From the IMG/VR virus record IMGVR_UViG_3300013110_000368: a stretch of DNA of 64,000 bases. One strand, written 5' to 3'. Under the pieces are notes generated by a model. The model was not told the DNA's origin, did no database searches, and saw nothing but the letters and a program-made list of their open reading frames with translations. This document shows, one piece after another, positions 20,828 through 29,352 of the stretch (the stretch's first letter is position 1; each line of letters starts with the position of its first letter). The position numbers were made by a program, and so were the translations under genes. The stretch comes from an uncultured virus (IMG/VR IMGVR_UViG_3300013110_000368) (lineage: Duplodnaviria; Heunggongvirae; Uroviricota; Caudoviricetes; Kyanoviridae).

Positions 20828-21268
20828 ATGGCATACAGTGGAAAATACCCCGTTATCAACAGAGATAAGTACATCGGAAATCCCAACAAGGTAATATATC
20901 GTTCCTCTTGGGAAAAGGATTTCATGCAGTACTGTGATCGGAATAAGAATGTGCTAAATTGGTGCAGTGAAAATCCCATCATCAAGTACTTTTGCCCCAC
21001 TGACAAAAAATGGCACAGATATTTTCCAGACTTCTATATTAGAGTTAAACAATCGGATGGGAACATAAAAGAATTCATTATTGAAGTAAAACCAATACGT
21101 CAAACCAGACCACCGAAACAAGGCAAAAGCAGACGTAGATATTTATACGAGCAATTTGCATGGACAAAGAATAAAGCAAAATGGGAAGCCGCAACACGAT
21201 ATTGTGAAAAACGAAAATGGGAATTTAAGATACTAACCGAGAAGGAACTCAAAATAGGATATAAATAG
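20828..21268 (+). CDS. gp4: Head completion nuclease gp4 (TnsA-like)
   Basis: MAYSGKY..N..KY.G...YRSSWE, W.SE, HRYFPDF, IEVKP and NKAKWEAA; start trimmed to 20828. Confidence 0.92.
   Translation: MAYSGKYPVINRDKYIGNPNKVIYRSSWEKDFMQYCDRNKNVLNWCSENPIIKYFCPTDKKWHRYFPDFYIRVKQSDGNIKEFIIEVKPIRQTRPPKQGKSRRRYLYEQFAWTKNKAKWEAATRYCEKRKWEFKILTEKELKIGYK
21260..21267 (+). promoter_or_regulatory. T4-type late promoter TATAAATA upstream of gp2
   Basis: Exact motif 5 nt before the gp2 ATG. Confidence 0.7.
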
Positions 21269-21272
21269 TCAT

Positions 21273-21830
21273 ATGGCAACTATATTCGACAATCTAAAAA
21301 AAGCGGGGCAAAATGCAATCACATGGTTAAGGCAGAATGCCGCCAAACTGAGTTCAGTTACACCAGCAGAATTAATGCGTGATGCCGACAACAAGACCAA
21401 TAACATACAAATGGGAAAAATGTATATGTTTCATTACGATCCCAAGCACAAAACTAGATTGCCCTACTATGATACATTCCCATTAGTCATACCCATAGAA
21501 AAATACTCCAACGGGTTTCTCGGTCTAAATTTGCACTACCTTGCACCCAAACTAAGAATGGATCTCTTAGCAGGTCTGACGACAATTACTAATAACGAAA
21601 GTATGAATGAAAATACTAGAATGATGGTAACATATAATTTACTGGAGTCAACCAAAAGACATCGGTACTTCAAACCAACAGTAAAACGATATTTGGCAAC
21701 TCACATCCAAAGTAGTTTTCTCAACATCAAAGCAAGTGAATGGGAAACAGCAATTTTTTTGCCAGTTGAACAATTTGTCAAAAAAAATAAAAAGGCAGTG
21801 TGGAAACTCTCAGAGGAATTACTATCATGA
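21273..21830 (+). CDS. gp2: DNA end protector protein gp2
   Basis: GKMYMFHYDPKHK..LPYYDTFPL, GFLGLNLHYL and W..AIFLPVEQF. Confidence 0.93.
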   Translation: MATIFDNLKKAGQNAITWLRQNAAKLSSVTPAELMRDADNKTNNIQMGKMYMFHYDPKHKTRLPYYDTFPLVIPIEKYSNGFLGLNLHYLAPKLRMDLLAGLTTITNNESMNENTRMMVTYNLLESTKRHRYFKPTVKRYLATHIQSSFLNIKASEWETAIFLPVEQFVKKNKKAVWKLSEELLS

Positions 21831-22804
21831 ACAACATCAATCAAACAATTAATGGATTGTCAAATTATATTGCAAGTCAAGGTGGCATACCACATCTAAA
21901 CCGATTTGCAGTGGAAATACCCTATCCCGAATCAATGAAGGTAAGATATGGTGATGATGAAAGATATAAAAACGTACTGAAGTTTCTACACTTCAGTGCC
22001 AGATCTGTAGGTCTGCCATCTAAATCAATTAGTACCAATGCAGTACTAGCTGCAGGCCCAGAACAAAAATACCCATATACAGACGTTTATGACGATCTAA
22101 CAGTTACTTTCATGCCAACTAAAGGGAAAGGGGAATTTGGATTACCCGAAAGAAAATTCTTTGAAGATTGGATTTCTACTGTGGTAGATCAAAATAATAT
22201 GCTAGTTGGATTTTCTGAAGGAGAAGGTGCTTATAGTGTTCCATTGAAACTGTCTGTATTATCAGACCAAAGAGGGAGTCCATCAAGGTTGGTACAATAC
22301 AATTTTTCTAGGGCTTATCCTATCGCCATTAGTGAAATTCAATTTGCAGCTGCAGCTCACGAACTCATGATATTTAAGGTGACATTCTCATACGACAAAA
22401 TTAACAGAGAAGACATAACAAACATGCCAGATAATAAAGACAATCCAGCATCTGTATTACCAGATCAAACATTGTTGGGAAAACCAGAAACACCAGAACG
22501 TCCAGATAGGATTTGGGCATCCGACCAATTCTACGCACAACCACCAAAACCCAAAACTCCAGAACGTCCGAATAGAGTAAAAAAACCAGAACCACCAAAA
22601 CCCAAAACTCCAGAACGCAAAGATAGAGTAGAAAAATGGGAAGCAAAAAAAGATGATTGGACAAAATCACCAATAGAAAATAAAAGAGTAGTAGGTGGAC
22701 ACGCAAACACTCCTACACCCAAAAAACTAACTAAAGCAGTACTCGGTAGAGTAGCAAATCGTGCCAGAGCAGAACTCGGAATAAGACCAATGCTTGATGA
22801 ATAA
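21827..22804 (+). CDS. Tail tube initiator / tube-like protein (gp54/gp19-like) with a Pro/Lys-rich C-terminal extension
   Basis: NRFAV.I, LPSKSI, ERKFFEDW, AYPIAISEI and FKVTFSY; lies between gp2 and gp26. Confidence 0.75.
   Translation: MNNINQTINGLSNYIASQGGIPHLNRFAVEIPYPESMKVRYGDDERYKNVLKFLHFSARSVGLPSKSISTNAVLAAGPEQKYPYTDVYDDLTVTFMPTKGKGEFGLPERKFFEDWISTVVDQNNMLVGFSEGEGAYSVPLKLSVLSDQRGSPSRLVQYNFSRAYPIAISEIQFAAAAHELMIFKVTFSYDKINREDITNMPDNKDNPASVLPDQTLLGKPETPERPDRIWASDQFYAQPPKPKTPERPNRVKKPEPPKPKTPERKDRVEKWEAKKDDWTKSPIENKRVVGGHANTPTPKKLTKAVLGRVANRARAELGIRPMLDE
22539..22617 (+). repeat. Intragenic 28-bp direct repeat (PPKPKTPER twice, 51-nt period)
   Basis: aaccaccaaaacccaaaactccagaacg at 22539 and 22590. 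Confidence 0.8.
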
Positions 22805-22823
22805 AAATAGGAGATAATAAATT

Positions 22824-23528
22824 ATGCCTTTACCCGTAATAAATGCACCAACATATGAATTGACCATACCATCAACTGGACAAACCGTTCAGTATAGGCC
22901 ATTTCTAGTCAAAGAAGAAAAAATCCTACTAATGGCAAATGAAGGTGGAGAAGCATCTGAAATAGTTCGTGCCATGAAACAGATCATCGGTAACTGTATT
23001 CAGGATGGATACAATACCGACAACATGCCATTGTTTGACGTGGAATACATATTCCTAAAACTCAGATCTAAATCAGTAAACGAATTCTCTGAAGTTGGAT
23101 TTAGATGCCCCGAATGTGATGAGGTAAATAGAATTCAAATCGACCTATCTAGTGTTGAAATTTCAACCAATGACACCCACAGCAACAAAATAGAACTTAC
23201 AAATGATATTGGCCTGATAATGAAATATCCACAACTGGATTCCATAAATATGAATGACCTACAAAGTACCGATGTGGATACCATATTCAATGTAGTTAGT
23301 TCTTGTGTAGATTCCATCTATCAAGGTGAAGAAATACACGATAGTGGTGATTACACTAAACAGGAAATTTCCGAATTCATAAATAACTTAACACAAGAAC
23401 AGTTTCTAAAAATACAACAGTTCTTCGATACAATGCCTAAACTATCGCATACAGTACCATATAACTGTAGTAAATGTGAATACGACGATCCTTTATTATT
23501 GGAAGGGTTGCAGAATTTTTTCGCATAG
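22824..23528 (+). CDS. gp26: Baseplate hub assembly chaperone gp26
   Basis: MPLP...PTYELTIPSTG..V.YRPFLVKEEKILL, FDVEYIFLKLRSKSV and C-terminal EGLQNFF. Confidence 0.92.
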   Translation: MPLPVINAPTYELTIPSTGQTVQYRPFLVKEEKILLMANEGGEASEIVRAMKQIIGNCIQDGYNTDNMPLFDVEYIFLKLRSKSVNEFSEVGFRCPECDEVNRIQIDLSSVEISTNDTHSNKIELTNDIGLIMKYPQLDSINMNDLQSTDVDTIFNVVSSCVDSIYQGEEIHDSGDYTKQEISEFINNLTQEQFLKIQQFFDTMPKLSHTVPYNCSKCEYDDPLLLEGLQNFFA

Positions 23529-23554
23529 GGTTAGGACATGAAACGTTAGAAAGT

Positions 23555-23713
23555 ATGTACCTAACCAATTTCGCAATGATGCAACACCACAACTACAATT
23601 TAAATGATTTAGAAAACATGATACCATTTGAGAGGGAACTATACGTCACCCTTCTTTCAAATTATATCAAAGAGGAAAACGAAAAAATAAAGGCACAACA
23701 ATCAAAGTTTTAA
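23555..23713 (+). CDS. gp51: Baseplate hub assembly catalyst gp51 (possibly made as a gp26-gp51 frameshift fusion)
   Basis: Not in the ORF track. Manual translation: MYLTNFAMMQHHNYNLNDLENMIPFERELYVTLLSNYIKEENEKIKAQQSKF. Confidence 0.88.
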   Translation: MYLTNFAMMQHHNYNLNDLENMIPFERELYVTLLSNYIKEENEKIKAQQSKF

Positions 23714-23928
23714 TTAGATTATTACAATACGGATGGTTAGTTAAACGTAAAGGATGGTGGTATAAATTTCCATTCTTGCCCATCCCACCAAAAGCATGGT
23801 TACTATGGAGACTTGAAACCGCATGGGGAATTGACTCTATGAATCCTAAATGGGAAGATTTCCCAACTATCCCTGTTATGATACATGATGTCTATAATTT
23901 TGGTCATTGGTTGACCCAATTCAAATAA
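23713..23928 (+). CDS. Trp-rich hypothetical protein lacking a canonical 5' start codon
   Basis: Open frame IRLLQYGWLVKRKGWWYKFPFLPIPPKAWLLWRLETAWG...HWLTQFK* exactly fills the gap; ATT overlaps the gp51 stop. Confidence 0.5.
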   Translation: MRLLQYGWLVKRKGWWYKFPFLPIPPKAWLLWRLETAWGIDSMNPKWEDFPTIPVMIHDVYNFGHWLTQFK

Positions 23929-23934
23929 AACGAT

Positions 23935-24540
23935 ATGGATAGCATGGAACAAGAACTTATTAATAGGATACCAGAACTCACTGACCTCATTCTACCGTGG
24001 CTAGGAATTATGCTATCGGTAGTTATCTTCATGTGGTTTAAAGATTATGCACTGCAAATATCTAAAGGATTGAAATTCAAACTAGACCCACACTTCCAAG
24101 AGGGAGATCAGGTCTGGTTAGAAGATGAACCAGCAGTGATTGTCAAGATTGGTCTATCCTCAACCGTATTCGGTATAGTAAATGGTCGTGGATATATTTG
24201 GAGATTTGTACCCAACGAGTCTATCTTTGATATGAAATTAGAAAAAATCGTTAGTGATAAGATACACTATGATTCAGAAGCAGAGCAAGGTAGAAAAATC
24301 AAACGATTGTTATCCATAGACGAAGAACAAGATTACAAAATTGCCCAAAACAAAAGGCACGATGTAGAACAGGATGTGGAATTGGAACAGAATTTAGTAC
24401 GAGATCTACAACATGATAAAATATTGGAAGAACACAGCAAAGCAATCGCACAAATATCATCTTTGGTGCAATCACACGGTTCAGAAGAACTGAAAGATGC
24501 AGCTGAAGATCTCATGAAAGATCTAACCAATAAGGCATAG
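23935..24540 (+). CDS. Membrane protein with an MscS-like beta domain
   Basis: TM helix followed by GLKF...FQEGDQVWLEDEPAVIVKIGLSSTVF...RFVPN. Confidence 0.6.
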   Translation: MDSMEQELINRIPELTDLILPWLGIMLSVVIFMWFKDYALQISKGLKFKLDPHFQEGDQVWLEDEPAVIVKIGLSSTVFGIVNGRGYIWRFVPNESIFDMKLEKIVSDKIHYDSEAEQGRKIKRLLSIDEEQDYKIAQNKRHDVEQDVELEQNLVRDLQHDKILEEHSKAIAQISSLVQSHGSEELKDAAEDLMKDLTNKA

Positions 24541-24544
24541 TAAA

Positions 24545-26953
24545 ATGGCAGACTTACAAGACGAAATACGAAAATTAGAAGAAGAACGACTAAAAAGAAT
24601 CACAGAGGAAAGGAAATTAGCAGCTGAAATTTCTGATCTGACTAAAGAAACCAAAGAAAATCAAATTAAAGCTGAAAAAAATCTTCAAAATGCCAATGAA
24701 GAACATGCCAAACAACAACAAAAAATAGCAGATCTGAGAAAAAAACTGGACGGAGAAGAAGCAGAAAAAAACGAGAAAATGAAAGAAGGTCTGAATCAGG
24801 CAATAAAAACCCAAGAAGACCTTCTTAATAAACTAGACGAAGAACAAAAATCCAGAAAAAAAACATTAGATGTAAGTACAGAAGCCCTCAATATAAACAC
24901 TGATTTAGCAAAAAAGGCAATAGCAAATCAAAAAGAACATGCTCTTGCTGAAAAACAAAAAACAGACGAAGCAAACAAAAAGAAACTAGAAGCACAAAAA
25001 AGTGATGCCAAAAAGCAAAAGGAAATTGCTGATAAAGAAAAACTACTATTCAAACTAAAAGAAACACAAATAAATGGTCTTCAAAATACATTATTGGGCA
25101 TAAACAAATCAATAACTGAATTTGGTGATACCATAAAGGGAAGGTTTGCACAAACAACAATAGGAAAAGGTCTAAGTTTAGCGGGAAAAGGTCTAAGTTT
25201 ATTCAAAAAAGTAAAAGATCCCGAAATTGAAAAACAAGAAAAAGAACTGGCAAAACTAAAAGGTGAAAAACCAGAAGAAGAAAAAGAAAAAGAACTGGCA
25301 AAACTAAAAGGTGAAAAACCAGAAGAAGAAAAAGAAAAAGAAAAAGCAAAAGTATCTGCGTTACTGAAACCGTTTGGTATTGGGGGAATAATAGAAAAAC
25401 AAGAAAAAAAGGACGAATTGCTAAATCCAAAAAAAGAAGAAAGTGAAGATAAATCAGATACCCCACAAAATGTTAATATAGTTTCTCAGCCCAAACCAGA
25501 AAAGGATTCCTTCGCAGAAGAAAAGGCAAAAGAAGCTTCACATGTTCAAGCAGAACAAACAGAAACGCAAGAACGAATTGCCGACTCTTTAGAAAAAAGT
25601 CAAACACTAAAAGTTGAAGGAAAAGAAGGTGGAATATTTGGAAAAATTATAGGTGGAATATTCAACCCACTAAAAACACTTGGAGATATGGTAAGTGGAA
25701 TATTCGATATAATTGACGCATTTATTAAAGGTATTGGCCAAATTCTAAAATCAGCACTTGGGGTAGTTAAAGATTTAGTTAAGGGTATTGGTGATATTCT
25801 ACTCACACTCGTTGATATTATAGGTAAAGGATTCGTAAAGATAATGACCTTTGCTGGTCGAGGTATCGCCGCACTATTCAAAGCACTAGGATCAATTCCC
25901 CCACAAGCACTTCTGATAGGAGCAGCTGCAATAGGTGTACTAACACTGGCATTTATGGGATTGGGTAAGGGTCTACAAATGATGACCCCTGCAATCAAAG
26001 AATTGGCAACCATACCATTTGACAATTTCCTATCACTTGCTGGTGGATTACTGGTTCTCTCACCAGCACTAATTGCATTTGGTGTTGGGGCTGCAATTGC
26101 CACGCCAGGATTTCTCGGTCTAGCACTCGGTGTTGGTGCATTGGGATTGGCAATGAAATTACTTGCCCCTGCTATTGAAACCATAGTACCACCCATAACC
26201 GACTTATTAGGTGGTTTTGGTGATTTCCTCTCGACCCTACAAGGTATTGTTAGCAAATTCTTTACCTCCATCGGTGATTTCATTGCTACAGTTGGAACGG
26301 CAATCAGTGACTTTATTAGTAACTTTGCCCAATCATTAGTCATAATGAACGATGCTGATTTCGTACATATAGCAGCTGGATTTGTTGCTTTGGGGGTTGC
26401 TCTTGCTGGTTTTGGTGTTGCAGCTGCAATTGCCATACCATCACTACTCGCACTAGGCAGTGCTTCCAGTGGCCTTGCTGATTTGATTAATGTACCACCA
26501 GACAGGTTTGATGCACTTAGAGAAAGTTTCAAACTATTAGGCAAGGCAGTCAAAGGATTTGCCAAAGATGCAAAAGGATTGGGTAGTACTGTTGTAGCAA
26601 TGGGGGCATTGAGTATGATGCCATTTGCCAGAAAGTTACTAGATGTACAACTGGCAAAAACTGAAACTAGAAATGTAGTTGACAACTTTAAAGGTGGGGT
26701 CGCAGAAGCAATTCAACCAGTAGACATCGTATCGTTCTCTGGAGCAAGAACAGAAAGAGGTATAGAAATGCTAAGACAAGCAGCTGAAACTAATGAAATA
26801 CGTGATGAAACCATAATGCAAGCAACATCATCACCGCAAATAGTTTCAACACCAATCACGACTGCCAATTCTGTCACTAATAATGCACTAATCGTACAAG
26901 ACTCACCAACTGATTCTGGTTTTCGAGCATCAGTAGGAACTTATGGGCCATAA
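24545..26953 (+). CDS. Tape-measure-like protein (gp29-like)
   Basis: Long coiled-coil N-terminus and Ala/Gly/Leu-rich hydrophobic repeats; follows gp26/gp51. Confidence 0.75.
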   Translation: MADLQDEIRKLEEERLKRITEERKLAAEISDLTKETKENQIKAEKNLQNANEEHAKQQQKIADLRKKLDGEEAEKNEKMKEGLNQAIKTQEDLLNKLDEEQKSRKKTLDVSTEALNINTDLAKKAIANQKEHALAEKQKTDEANKKKLEAQKSDAKKQKEIADKEKLLFKLKETQINGLQNTLLGINKSITEFGDTIKGRFAQTTIGKGLSLAGKGLSLFKKVKDPEIEKQEKELAKLKGEKPEEEKEKELAKLKGEKPEEEKEKEKAKVSALLKPFGIGGIIEKQEKKDELLNPKKEESEDKSDTPQNVNIVSQPKPEKDSFAEEKAKEASHVQAEQTETQERIADSLEKSQTLKVEGKEGGIFGKIIGGIFNPLKTLGDMVSGIFDIIDAFIKGIGQILKSALGVVKDLVKGIGDILLTLVDIIGKGFVKIMTFAGRGIAALFKALGSIPPQALLIGAAAIGVLTLAFMGLGKGLQMMTPAIKELATIPFDNFLSLAGGLLVLSPALIAFGVGAAIATPGFLGLALGVGALGLAMKLLAPAIETIVPPITDLLGGFGDFLSTLQGIVSKFFTSIGDFIATVGTAISDFISNFAQSLVIMNDADFVHIAAGFVALGVALAGFGVAAAIAIPSLLALGSASSGLADLINVPPDRFDALRESFKLLGKAVKGFAKDAKGLGSTVVAMGALSMMPFARKLLDVQLAKTETRNVVDNFKGGVAEAIQPVDIVSFSGARTERGIEMLRQAAETNEIRDETIMQATSSPQIVSTPITTANSVTNNALIVQDSPTDSGFRASVGTYGP
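25238..25342 (+). repeat. 48-bp tandem duplication (EKELAKLKGEKPEEEK twice)
   Basis: Identical units start at 25238 and 25286. Confidence 0.85.
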
Positions 26954-26982
26954 AAAAATGCCCAACATTTCTGTTGGGCATT
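26952..26982 (-). terminator. Rho-independent terminator at a convergent junction
   Basis: Perfect 11-bp stem aatgcccaaca/tgttgggcatt, 4-nt loop, U-tract on the minus strand. Confidence 0.8.
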
Positions 26983-27007
26983 ATCATTACTAATTGCTTA
27001 TGAGCAA

Positions 27008-27523
27008 TTATTGTACACGTCTACCTCTACGAAACCGCATCATAGAACCATCACGTTTGTTATCTGTCATGCTTACCAACAAGTTGTACTTTTCAGTACC
27101 GATGGTCTGCTTGACCTGTTCTGTAAATTCCTCTACGATGGCATCGTATTCACCTTTAGTGTTTTTCTTTTCCGATGGTGAAATGTTATTCGGATTATCA
27201 GCATACCCTTTGAAAATCGCACCAGATTTGCTAATTACCCTTGCATAGACATCACGCAAACGCAAGAATTCTTCATCGGACAGATCCAACGAAAAGGATG
27301 CAATAAACCAACTAGTAACTGTTTGTTGTACAAAATTTCGTTGTCGATAGTTGAATCGGATTTCAGAACTGACCTCTTTTCGGATTCTTGAAAATTCTCG
27401 ATCCTTCCGATCCACATGTTCTTCTTCTGCATTCCCAATACTACCAGCAATCAAGGCAGTCGAAATAACTGCCATTCCCACTACGACTTTAGTAAATAGA
27501 TTCTTCAACTCTACTTGTTTCAA
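27008..27523 (-). CDS. Hypothetical exported protein (signal-peptide-like N-terminus)
   Basis: KNLFTKVVVGMAVISTALIAGSIGNA-EE. Confidence 0.55.
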   Translation of the reverse strand: MKQVELKNLFTKVVVGMAVISTALIAGSIGNAEEEHVDRKDREFSRIRKEVSSEIRFNYRQRNFVQQTVTSWFIASFSLDLSDEEFLRLRDVYARVISKSGAIFKGYADNPNNISPSEKKNTKGEYDAIVEEFTEQVKQTIGTEKYNLLVSMTDNKRDGSMMRFRRGRRVQ

Positions 27524-27544
27524 AATGTTTCTCCTATTCTTCTT

Positions 27545-28420
27545 CTATTGATCGTTTGCTAAATTAGCAAAATATGATAAGGTTTCATCACCATCAGCAC
27601 TAACCGTTTCGGCAGTCACTGGTGCTGGTGCTTCCCTTGTTGCAAAATCACTTGTATCGAACTTAGTTGCTGGATCTTCAGTCAATCCCAAAGTTCTATC
27701 CAATTTGGTTTTTAATTCATCATAGGTCTTAAAGTTCTCACGGTCTAGTAACTCTTGCAGACTGTACTCGCTAGTCCAGACCTTTTCCAATTCAGTATCA
27801 TCCTCAGACAATGGTGCAATGACATCAAATTCAGATTTATCATAGTTGACAAAACCATCAACCATACGAATCTTAATTTTGAAATTTGCTCCACCCCACA
27901 AATCAAATGGGTTGACAGGAGTTTCATCTGCAAATTCTGGATTCATCAGATCGTTAATCTTATCAAAAATCTTCTTACCATACTTAAACAAACGAACCTT
28001 ACCGTTGTTCTGCGGATTTGCTGGATCTTCAATAACATAGATATTACTAAAATAGTTCAACCTACGTTTCTGTTTACGTGCTTGCTCTTTCCCTGCTTCT
28101 GTTCCATTATTCCACAAGGATGTGTTATATTCACTAACAGGATCTTTCTCATTAAAGGTGGTCAATGAATTTTCAATGTACCATCCACCCTGACCTTGAA
28201 AACCATGTGAGAAAATGCGTACCCACGGCGTCGATTCACCTTCAACTGGTGGAAGGAATCGAATGACCGCATATCCGTTTCCAGATTTATCACGTTCACA
28301 TTTCCAAATTCGATCATCTTCATATGAGTTACTATTGTTAGTTTGGGTTTTTTCTAATTCGGTGGAAAGACTGTCTAAAAAAGACTGTCGGTTGCTTTTC
28401 ATGGATGCAAAACCATTCAT
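27545..28420 (-). CDS. gp32: Single-stranded DNA-binding protein gp32
   Basis: DDRIWK..DKSGNGYAVIRFLP, HGFQGQGGWYIENSLTT, FKYGKKIFDKI and acidic tail LSYFANLA; start trimmed to downstream of the promoter. Confidence 0.96.
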   Translation of the reverse strand: MNGFASMKSNRQSFLDSLSTELEKTQTNNSNSYEDDRIWKCERDKSGNGYAVIRFLPPVEGESTPWVRIFSHGFQGQGGWYIENSLTTFNEKDPVSEYNTSLWNNGTEAGKEQARKQKRRLNYFSNIYVIEDPANPQNNGKVRLFKYGKKIFDKINDLMNPEFADETPVNPFDLWGGANFKIKIRMVDGFVNYDKSEFDVIAPLSEDDTELEKVWTSEYSLQELLDRENFKTYDELKTKLDRTLGLTEDPATKFDTSDFATREAPAPVTAETVSADGDETLSYFANLANDQ

Positions 28421-28490
28421 ACTCGTATTCTCCGTATTGTTTGTATATTGCTTATTCACATCACAATCAACTCTTGATTGTGTAATAGTA

Positions 28491-28519
28491 ATTATACCAT
28501 ATTTTTCCTCAAATGTCAA
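28491..28519 (-). promoter_or_regulatory. Sigma70-type promoter TTGACA-17-TATAAT upstream of gp32
   Basis: Same cassette (AGCTTGACA...ATGGTATAAT) as the early promoters. Confidence 0.8.
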
Positions 28520-29093
28520 GCTTATTTTTCAATATTTCACGAAAAACTTTAACATCGACATCAAGAAAACTAACATATTTCTGACACAGATTTCGTGTTT
28601 CTGGCCACATGATGTCATCTTCAATCTGACTATCAAACTGTGGAAAAAAATTCAAAATCTGGTTCACTATCACGAAAGTTTCCAACGATATATCCCCACG
28701 ATAATACATGGTTAATATTGTTGGATTCTGCCCATCTTCGACCATGAACAGTTGGTCTAAGTCGGACACATCTAGCAATTTAGATATATCCGACTTGAAT
28801 TGATAACGCAATCTCTGTGTTCGTTTTCTCCAATCCTGATAAACCTGATCTGATTCTTCTGTATGAAGACCACCATATTTATCACCACTGGAGAAATTTG
28901 CCACAAAGAATTGCATTATATTCTTTTCATTGTACTGACGACAAAGATGATCGAACCTGTACTTATCCCTTCGTTTGTAAAAGGAATCACTACTTGCCCG
29001 TACCTTGCCATTGTACTTGAAATAATCATAACTCTTGCTAAAAAAATGCAACCTAATTGCCATGTACACTTTATAGCAATCCAAAGGATTCAT
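28509..29093 (-). CDS. gp59: Helicase loader gp59
   Basis: YKVYMAIRLHF...YDYFKYNGK, FYKRRDKY.F, FFVANF and ISLETFVI. Confidence 0.92.
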   Translation of the reverse strand: MNPLDCYKVYMAIRLHFFSKSYDYFKYNGKVRASSDSFYKRRDKYRFDHLCRQYNEKNIMQFFVANFSSGDKYGGLHTEESDQVYQDWRKRTQRLRYQFKSDISKLLDVSDLDQLFMVEDGQNPTILTMYYRGDISLETFVIVNQILNFFPQFDSQIEDDIMWPETRNLCQKYVSFLDVDVKVFREILKNKLDI

Positions 29094-29347
29094 ATAGGCA
29101 ATGCACCTGTTCTTGGTAGCAGATTCAATTCCATTGCCTCTAACTCTAATTTATCCTTCAGTGACTTGTTTAGTAACTTCGGCACTATGTCAACCGCAAT
29201 ATCATTTTCATCAATAAATGCAAATACTGCATCAACATAACTGCTCAGTTCCCAATCACGTTTAATAGTCTCAACCCCCAAAGAAAAACTTTTACTGGTA
29301 TGCTCAGTTACAACCTCTAAGAATTCTTCTTCCGTTAGTGCCAACAT
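29090..29347 (-). CDS. gp33: Late transcription co-activator gp33
   Basis: SYVDAV...KLLNKSLKDKLELEAMELNLL....LPI; adjacent to gp59. Confidence 0.88.
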   Translation of the reverse strand: MLALTEEEFLEVVTEHTSKSFSLGVETIKRDWELSSYVDAVFAFIDENDIAVDIVPKLLNKSLKDKLELEAMELNLLPRTGALPI

Positions 29348-29352
29348 TTATC

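Noticed and set aside
25600..26685. 361-aa antisense ORF
   Set aside because: Shadow of the Ala/Gly/Leu-rich tape-measure gene; no independent motifs
28421..28519. N-terminal extension of gp32 from a TTG start
   Set aside because: The TTG is the -35 box of the promoter; homology starts at MNGFASMK
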